A stretch of 64,000 nt of DNA, taken from assembly GCF_000002075.1 (NCBI RefSeq), contig NW_004797602.1, positions 265,823-329,822 on the forward strand, written 5' to 3'. Each line of letters opens with the position of its first letter. The first letter of the stretch is position 1. The notes below the pieces were generated by a model. That model was not told the origin of the DNA. It ran no database searches and saw nothing but the letters and a program-made list of their open reading frames with translations. A program made the translations under genes and the position numbers. The stretch comes from Aplysia californica. Lineage: Eukaryota. Below, piece after piece: positions 23,601 through 33,974 of this stretch.

Positions 23601-26600
23601 CAACTTCAAAGTGAAACAAAAAACTCCTCGCAACTCGATCGATACCCGTGACAAGAAAAATGGCGGGCGAAATCAATTCTGCGTAGCCTACTAGCCAGCA
23701 GTATAAAAATTAGTTTTTCGTTCTTTTTGTATATCGTGTTATACTATGCCAATGTCTGTCGCGATCAGCACTCTACGGAAGTTCGGGCAGTCGCGACCGG
23801 TGGTCGCGATCAGCACTCTAAGGGTTAAAAGGTTGTTTGCTGGAGCTTCTCAAGAGTTTAAAGATTGCTTTCAATGTGAGGAAGTGTTCACGCTTTTCAA
23901 GACAATCGAGGAATCATGAACACATTGCTGTCCACTGATAGCTTCGCGAATGGGAAAATGATACGGTCGTAGATGAAGGTCTGCCTTGAGAATGCGGACC
24001 GTTGAGATGTAGGAAAGTCATTGCTGCAGACGTCGACTACGGACAGACGTATCATGGGGCTCATCTACTGAATTCTGCACCCTGGTGACATTTAAAGGGG
24101 TGCGAACAGTGTGTGTTTGACCTGAAGTAGTCGTTTTGTCTGAGAATTTGTAGTTCTGATTCTCTACAGGTCCTAACTGATGGACCATTTCCACCCTTGA
24201 CATCAAAGAAGGCCTTCAGGTCACTTTAACATTATTTCGTACCTTGGGTGAAAGTTATGAAATGAGTTCAATACAAAAAAGCTCTCTACTCTTTACTAAT
24301 CTTAACCATGATCTCAGCAGGCCAAGGAAACTTGAGAAAAGTTATCTGCAAACTTCTGTTGGCCTGTTAGACAACTGTATTTTGCAATATGACGCAATTG
24401 TTGGGAATTTTAGTGGTAGGCCTATCAGGTTTTTTTTTTTAATGCACTATGTAGAGAAAAACTATTCTGTGGATTTATCTAAAATGAATATCTGACAAAC
24501 TCCTTTTGACTTCCAAATGTTGTGTACACATTTGAAGCGCAAAACTTTTGCGCTCATATGACCTTATGCAGTTATGAGCGCCGTAATACTTCTACTAATA
24601 GTATAGTAGAAACGCAAAACTTCACTGTGGAGGAAAGTATTAACTTTTTTTGGGTCATTCTGTACTTTGATAACAATATTGGTGCTTAAAGATAGTTGGA
24701 ACTTCTAGATATTATTCTAAAAGGCAAATCTCATTTCCTAGAAGGAGACTAGTGCTTTTTTTTCAGATGAAAATGATTGTGAGTGGCAGAGTGATGGACA
24801 ATATCAGAGTCTTTGGATCAAATTGTGATACATAATAAGCTTATTTTGAGGTACCTACAGTGATGTTGAGATCAAGCGCAGTTTGGGCCATGGAATCTTA
24901 TTTTGTTAGGCAAATGGCATTGTTCGTTTCAAGATAAAAGTAGGCTTCTTTGTTTTATATGAAAGTGATATATTCAAACTTTTTTTATCGCTTGCTCACA
25001 TACCCTGCTTTATTGTTTTTGTTCTAACTTGTGCAAAATTAAAAATATCCCACTAAAAAAAAATCTTTATCATCACATCTGTAAGATAGGTGCATACTGC
25101 TTTAAGATTGCCTGTCAAATGCAAAAGGCCATTGTCAACTAAAAGAGAGTTAAAACTTAATAAATTGAGGCAGTATATACAATTAAAAAAAAATTGTTAT
25201 AGACTGCTTTTTTGTGGGTACAAAAGTTGTTTTTCTCTGGGTACAAAAGTTGAAAAGTAATTTGATTTTAGTAAGCAGTTGAAAAGAGAATAAATTTGAA
25301 AACTATGGTAAAGAAGTGCTTGTAGGATAACCGAAGAGAGGACTGGTGACATGTTTTTTTCCTATGTGTGTGTGTGTGTGTGTGTGTGACCTGTATTCTT
25401 TTTTTTTTCTTTTAGTGTTGCTTTCCTTGAAAAATTTGTGGATTCAATTTGCTTTGCACATAGCATAGTTCACTCTCTCACAACAATTTGATGTTAACTC
25501 CTGCTGAGCTGAGTGTTGATTGAAGATATTTGTTGAAGTAAATGCTTTTCTCATAACAGTTCCTTGTTGACTTTGACTCTAATAATGTTCAAGTGTGATT
25601 TATTTTACATGACTGAACAGCCGGACATTAACAGTCAACAACTGCTTTCACTAACTGCTTTTGACAACCCTTAAAAAAGGCACTGTAGAGAAAGATTTTT
25701 TTCATGGAGAGTAAAGTTTGTTGTTTGTCTACTTCAGTTTTTTGAGTCATCAAAAAAATAGTCTTATAGCAATGGTATAACATACTTTGTCGTTTCTGTC
25801 TTTCTTACTCCCCCCCCCCCCCCAGCAATTTAGTGTGTGTCATTGGGCTTCTCTTTACTCAAAACTCTCGTACACACTCACACACACTCAGTGAGAGGTT
25901 GGCGGGTGCTCTGGTGTGGTTTGTTCCTTCTTTCCTATCAAACATCAATCGTCCTTCTCTCCCCTTCTTTTTTTAATGTTTGTTACTCTCTTGTAGCACC
26001 TCTAATATTCTGGTGCTCATATGACCTTATGCTGTTGCGAGCTCCGTAAAACCTCTACTAAAACTAAAACTAAACACACTCTCAAAGAAACGTTTTTTTA
26101 ATATAGGATATAAACTAAACACACTCTCAAAGAAACGTTTTTTTAATATAGGATATAAACTAAACACACTCTCAAAGAAACGTTTTTTTAATATAGGATA
26201 TTCGCGTATGAGGATCAAATTGTCATTTTACCTTGTTTTTGACCAAGATTATTATTGACGCAAAATCTTGTGGCAGCAGTGTTCCAGATTATTTGAGGAA
26301 CTTTTTTGGGCCTGTGGCAGTTCATATCCCTTCTCGGAGACTACTCAATGTCAGAGGATATAACGTTTGGTCTGTAGTGCTTGTGGATGACGCAGGGTTT
26401 TTTTGGTTCTTTTCCTTAACACTCTTTCAAGTTTGCTGTTTCTTTTCTGAAGACGAATCTTTTTTTTTTCTTCTTGGCATGCCTTATTTTTCTTGTCAAG
26501 CTCCTCATGCTTTGATGCTTGCCAAATTTACACACTGCAGCCTTTTTTTGTAAGCCATTGAAATTTTGGTTTTAAAATTTGATCACTTAAGGTAAATAAC

Positions 26601-29600
26601 ATTTATTATGAGCTGCTTATTGCATTGGCTAAACACCAAAGTTCTTATAGTCTTTTAACAACTGGAAGTTCAGAATTAAGGAAAAATGGACCTCAGGAAA
26701 GTTAATGGGTGATATATCATTTCTATGTTTGTTTCCATTTGTTTACCTTTGATTTTACTTCCCCTGAAGAGGACTAATGGTAGTGTGCCACTGTTTTCTT
26801 GGTATTGCTCTAGAAAGTTGTGCTGCAAATCGTTCATGGAGTTGATAGTCTAGTGATTTGGCTATGGGTTTTGTAATCGTGAGATTATGAGTGTGGTGGT
26901 TTGAGGCTCAGCTCTGTCGAACCTTGTGTCCTTGGGAAAGGCATTTACACTAATTTTCCCAACTGGCTTTATCCTTTTGAAGATAGATGCTAAACTTGAA
27001 GGTCCTGCCTCTTTAAAGCCGCACAATTTTGCAAGGTCTGGGCTTTAATCCTATACAATTTCATTATTTTTTTTTCTTCACGAATTGTTCTTCTCGAGAA
27101 GCCCGTGTCATTTAAGTTTTTGTGTGTGTTTGTCTTGTGTTGTGAACCTCTCTTGCACTCTTTTGAGATGAGTTTTAAAAGGCATGCATTTTCTCTTGAT
27201 TCCAATTGTGTATTTTGTTGAGATTTTGTCACTTTTCAAATGACTTGTCGTGACAGAAATCTTTCTACTTTTGCAGATACACTTACAGTTCCCAAATCTC
27301 CAAAGACACCCCTAAAACTCCACCATCAGATATATCATAGGTAAGATATTTTTCTCACTTTGTCCTGTAATGTTCTGTTACTGGTTTATATTTTGTGTAC
27401 CATATATTTTTAAAAAGCGTATTATGAAAAAAAAGTTTGATGCTTGTGAACAGTGTTTGATCAAGTTAGACTCAACTGAGGTAAAATGAAACCCATGTCC
27501 AAGTTTTTCTGATGTGCTTTACTAGCCAAGAGGCAAAGAGAATAGCGGCCTTTGCTGGATTTCCATAGATGGAGTTTTAGTCAAGTCTTTCCTCTTTAGT
27601 CTCTCCGACCAGCATCTGTGGTTTTGCGGCAGTGGATTCACTGTTGCAGGCTGAAGAACATGAGTTCGAGTCCCATGTGGGATGTTATATATCTCTTAGC
27701 CCTTGTTGGCTCTGAATGGCAGGGTCGAAGAAGCTGGCCTCCTAAATGATCAGAATAGTGTTGGTAGGGGATGTAAAACACCTACAAACACATTATATAT
27801 TGTCTTTTAGTTCAGATTTTAAGGTTCATGATTACTAGTAGTGAACTTTGGGATTTGGATGGGAAGCCACAGAAATAAAATAAAAGTTCACCATTCCCCA
27901 GCTGACAGATTTATACTTAATCATCACCTTACATAGTATATCACTGGCAATATGCAGATAAGAATTAGGGTGAGGAGGTTAGGGTTATTTTGGAGTGTGT
28001 GAGAGGGACTAGTGGGCAGTATCTTGAGATATAGGGGAAAATAAGAGAAAAAAGGTATTGCTAGGTTTTTCTTTCAGCCGGCGAATTTAGCTGTGATGAG
28101 AAGGGTTGGGGCATTGGTCATTATGATGAGGAAGGTGTTGCTCAGATTTTTGCAGGTGACAAATTTGATTTCAGATTGGCTCTGTAAAGAACATATTTAA
28201 ATTTGTCATTAGTTAAATATAATTGCCAACCCTTACATAAAAACGTTTAATACCTTTTTGAGGGTCTGAGTATGGGAGTCTTGTTTTCATATTGGAAAAT
28301 ACATATTCTCTCTTTCAAGAAATGCTTTTCACAGACTTGCAGATGCTGAAGAAAAATTCTGAACTTTCAGGACTGGATTTGCAAATAATAATGACTAAAT
28401 AGCACACAAGTCAAATGGAGGTCTTTTCCTGCAGGTCTTTTTTGAACAGCTTGAATTTATTGAATTCAGAAAAGTGAGCGAAGGCTTTGGAGATGGGTTT
28501 ACATGGCTAGTGACCACCATCTTGATCCATCACTTGGGTAGAAATTTTTTAGTTTTTGAAAAGTTAGCAGCTATAGTTATGAATATGATCAGTTCTGTGG
28601 TATCAGGCTCGTGTTGCCTCACATCTTACTGCAGTCTGGGATTTCCCTGAGCTCACTATTTGTCCCCAGCCGCCCTCACATGGGGATTCCCTGTGTGAAG
28701 TGATGCTTTCAATAAACAAATAGGTGCATTGTATCCCAGTGTTTATCCTTAAAGAAATAATGGGGGTGGGGGAACAGAACTCTTAATAAGATCAAACACT
28801 CAGATCAGACCTTTTTTAGTGCTTATTCAAATATAGGTTAATTTGCTTGAATTGCTTGAACGATTGCAAGGCGATCATACATGACGGACAGATATTAAAT
28901 GAGCAAATTATGGTAAATTGTAGGTTAAAAGAAACTATTGAATATAGTGCTGCTTCTGATGACATTCATGCAAGTGAAATAGGAATGGTTCTCATTCAGA
29001 TGATAGTGACGGAATGAAAATTAGATCTATGTATTGATTCCAAGGCCAAGGGGATTTCTATTTCACTTTCACTGAAAACTGAGCGCTGTAAAAGTGCACT
29101 CATCAGTATTTTCTAACCAAATGACATTTGCACTTTGTAATGATTTTATAATGTGTCCAAACTCATTCACACTATATATGATGGCATGCTTGACGGATAA
29201 AGATTGATTCGCGCCACCTCCTTTCCATTCTTACAATAAATCAAGTTGCTTTTGCGCTTGACACCACGGCGACCCACACATGGCCCCACACAGCTAGTGG
29301 AGATCGCAGTGTGTGTAGTAGGTCAAGCTGGTTCTGAATGAAGGGCTCATGTAGACATATACTGCTTGAAGATGTATAGTGTAATAATTTCATGTAGTGC
29401 AGCTCTTGTACAGTTTTTATAGACGTGGTTTTTGAAAGACATGACATTTTCAGACTTGTAGTTTACAATATGGGTACAGTTCAGAGATAATGTACCAGTT
29501 GAAGAAATTTTTGTAGAAGAAGATTTTTTAAAAAGAAAGAACTTATCCATGCTTGTAGCAGGCTACAAATTATTGCAAGAAGAGTCACTTAGATGCAACT

Positions 29601-32009
29601 TTTGCCATATGTTATTTTGTCTTCAGCTATTTCATCTAGTCCTGCTTGAAAAATATTCTCGTTAAGCCTGCATCAAAATTGCAGGAATAATAGTGATTTG
29701 GGTTCTGTTAGGTCTGTCCCCAGTGGTTGCACGCTGGCAGCATTATGACCCTTTTTTCTTTATGATTATCGTGATAGTAATTGTTTGTTTACGATGACCA
29801 AATGATAAGCACTGGGTGTTTCTCTCTACTTCAAGAAGTGCTGGGTTTCAATGCTGTTGTGACATTCTAATAACAATTTTTAAGACAGATTTGTCAACAG
29901 TTTTTTTGTAGGGGCTTCTTCTGTTATGTCTTGTGTACTCGGGGAAACTATCCCGAGAGACGAAATAGAATTCTTTCTTGACAATTCAAATCAAAACAAA
30001 ACAAAAAAATGGTTCACATGTATGTCTTCTTCTTCACCTTTTAAAATAATACTAGGCTGATTGTTTTGAAGGCTTGGAAACGCAATTTAAAAGTATACAT
30101 TTATTTTTAGTTGTTCAATAATAATTTTGCATTGTACAGAGTTTAAAACCTTCAAGGGATTAGGCGCTGTATAAACTCACATTATTATTAAAGATGTTAT
30201 AATTAAAGCAAAAAAAAATCTTTTACACATGTGTATCATTCTTCTTTTTCACCTTTCTAATTAATGCTGGGCTTGTTGTTTTGAAGGTTTGCAAACACAT
30301 TTAAGATCACCACTTGCGACCACTGTCATAAGCAGATGATTCTGGGCTACAAATGCAAAGATTGCAAGTAAGCCGCTGCAGCAGCGCTGTGCATGTGTGC
30401 AGCAAAACCCGTACTGGCGCTACTGGTCCCTATAGCAACCCCTATGCTTGTGTTACCCACTCTTTAATTGTCATTTCCTGTGTGTGTGTGTGTGTGTATG
30501 TACATACACGTATATATGCATATTGACTGCTCTGTGTAAACCCTGTTATGTGTCATTTTTCAAAAAAAGCATATGGTGGAGTCTTACACTAAGCAANNNN
30601 NNNNNNNNNNNNNNNNNNNNNNNNNNNNNNNNNNNNNNNNNNNNNNNNNNNNNNNNNNNNNNNNNNNNNNNNNNNNNNNNNNNNNNNNNNNNNNNNNNNN
30701 NNNNNNNNNNNNNNNNNNNNNNNNNNNNNNNNNNNNNNNNNNNNNNNNTCCCATAGCAGTATTCACGTATATATCTTAGTAACATTGTTATTATATTCAC
30801 ATATTAACTCTGTGTTTGCATCGCTTTCAGCTTAGTTTGTACTTACCGAACAGTTGCACTAAGCAAAATCAGTTTAGCATGAGTCCTCGATCTCTGTGCA
30901 CTTATATAATAATCGACTTCCTGGCGGGGAATCATTCTGAGCAATGATATGTGAATACAGAGAGAGTACATAGATCTTAACAGAAAATTATTGTGATAGT
31001 AAGAAGGAAAAAAACCCCGTTGCTCAGTGAGTGTAGTGTTGTCTTCTTCTGGTAGGCTGTTGGGTGTTTTTTCATTACCTGGCAGTTGAGTGTGCAAACT
31101 GGAGTATTTTTTAGATTGTCAGTTTCCATTTTCATCGAGTTTGTAAATTCCAAATTCCAAGCTGAATTTTCCCGTTCAATCATTCGATAGCAAATCATGT
31201 AAGTCTGGTATATACGCATCCCAATGTTATAGATAAAGAATTTGAAGAAAAAAAAAGAATCTTTGTATAATTTCATGAAAGTTCGCTTTTTGGGATGCAA
31301 TGTTGAATGTTAAGGGAAATAAATGTATCGGATGGAAAGAGTCTGATGTGTGGGTTTATTTTAAAAATTGGTTTCTTTGAGAAACTGTTTATGACGGGCT
31401 ATGTTTAGGTCCAGGTTAGACTATTATAAACAGTCTTTTTGATGATAGCTTTTGGTATGATGAGTCGAACATGAAACTATGTGTTTCTATTGCTGGTCGG
31501 TGGTTTTGGGTTCTGAAGACTAACCTGCAGGCTGGCTGAGCTTTTGGCACTCATATCCGAATTATTCGATTTTTTCCCTTTTTTTTTTCTCCACTTCCTT
31601 CTTTTTCTAATAAGATGTAACAAGCTGCTTATATTTATGTAGATAATCAGCGTCTATTTATAGTATTACGATGATTTTTTTCGTAATAGAATCTGCTGTA
31701 TGGGAAGAAGCTTTTGAAGAATGGTAAATGTGTAGGTTCACCGTTCTACTTGGGCTGTAAGTCTCCTGTCGTAGGGTAGAGCTGCATGTGTGTTACTGGT
31801 GGTAAGTGGATCTTCATCACCACCATCATCATCATCATCATCATCCTCAATATCATTGTCACTGTTGTCACCATCTGAGCAGTGTGCGTTCCTCCTCCTC
31901 CTCCTTTTCCTCCTCCACTTTTTTCTTTTGGTTAGAGAGCACTCCCTCCTTTGGGGCTCGGCCTCTCTAACCCTCCCTCCACCCCCCTTGTACTCGCTGC
32001 CAGTAGCAC

Positions 32010-32076
<67 letters not shown>

Positions 32077-33931
32077 AACAGTCTCCCCTCCTTCCTCCTC
32101 TTCCTGTTTGATTGTATGCCCATACTCTATTATACGTGCTCTCCTCTCTCTCTCCTTTTGGTACATACACCACCACCTCCTCCCCTCCCCCCATCACCCT
32201 TCACCCACCCACCCCACCCACTGGCCGCTCTAGATGTACCTCGTCCATGTTTGTGCTTGCCCCCTGTGATCTGTGTCAGACCTTCGCCATTCGTGGGAGA
32301 ACGTGTAAAAACTGCAAGTAAGTGACCTGCTCATTTCTCTGTTGGCTGATTGGTTTTTACGGGCAGCCGGAGGATGCCTGCCACTGGTAGGTCCTGCTTC
32401 TGTTCTCTTATCACCTCTGTTGTTTCTGTCTGTCCGTCTCACTTTTTCCCCAGCACTAAATTACTGCGGGTGGGTGGAGGGTGCCAGTGGTAGGACCTAC
32501 CTTCTTTTTATTTCCTTCGCTCTATTTTTTCTCTTTGTCTGTCTGTCTCTATTTTTCCTCATCACAAAATGACTTTCATTTTGGGGGATGTTTCCTTGTA
32601 GCCAACCGTGGTCGTTTTTTCAAAATAGGCCTTTATTTTTCTCTTGGGTGAATCAATAAATGATTGTTTTCCCCCACACAAAATCCCCGTGTCTGTCCTC
32701 AAGGTTTTTTCTTTTCTTGCAGTACAGTCCGTGCCGGCTTTAAGCACGCCGGCCTTAAGCACGTTTCGGACTCAAGCACGCTAAACGGCTCTTACCGAAT
32801 TTTTGCTATATAAATTACACGCCTTTAAGCACGGTAACTTCGGCTTCAAGCACACTTCATTTACAAGACAGTCAATATTTTCATGATGACCCATTGAAGT
32901 TCGAACACAGTTTACACCGCAGCAGTGGAGTGTGTCAAGAGAAACCCAAAGAACGCAAGTGATGGATACACACACTCACACGGGCGGAGAGGAAGGCAGA
33001 GAGATGCACACAGCCGCGCGCGCGCGGACATAGGATCTAGCCTTGGCCTAGGGCAAAGCTACACATGACCAAAAAAAATACTAAGAGAGTCGGGGAGACG
33101 AGAAAGGGAGGCTGGCTGCGATTTCACCTTTGACCCTCGCTGTCCATTAATCCTGATTGTGTATCACGCGCGAGGTGGGATGAAGGCGGTGGTATGAGTG
33201 GCACAGCGGGCAGTGGTGCGCACAGGCAATGTGTTACAGTAGGCCTAGTGTGCTGTATCGTGACTGGCCGTCTAAATTAAGTTTTCATTTCCCATTCGAC
33301 CACAAAACAAAAACAAACAAGCGAACAAAAACTGCCATGGCGGGTGTCTAAATAACAGTGCACACTTTTGCGGGACCGCTATAGGCCTACTTACAAACAA
33401 AGGGAATAGCACGGGGAATTTTCTACATGAAAATCTCTGGATTATATCGACTTCGCACTTAAGCACGCTTCGGCTTTAAGCACGCTTAAGCTTTCTCCCG
33501 ATGACCGTGCTTAAAGCCGGCATGGACTGTACTCATTTCTATTTTTTTTCTGTGGACAGTTTGGTTTTCCCCACATTATGACTGTGTCTTTCTTCTAGGC
33601 CTTTAACTTTCGCTCAAACTTTTCTCTCACTTTTTTCGCTCCTCCCCTTGTTTGTCGTTGATGGAAGTCGAAGAACATGTATCTGCCTTGTTTATAAGCT
33701 GATGGTTAGAGGGCGTTGTGATAGGTCCTACGTTTTTTTTTCTTTCCCTCTGTTGTTGCTGTGTATCTGTCTGTCTGTCTGTCTGTCTGTCTTGCCTTTT
33801 CTCTGCTCTAAATGACGGTTATTGTGTCAATGTGCATCTCTGTACTGTTCCTCTGTGTTCCTGTCCTATTATTTTGGCTCACACAGAATCTCCTCTCTGT
33901 CTCTGTCTCTCTCTGTCTCTGTCTGTCTCTG

Positions 33932-33974
<43 letters not shown>

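Noticed and set aside
31738-32197. Long ORFs with YIYI and poly-S/D/R tracts
   Set aside because: Translations of microsatellites.
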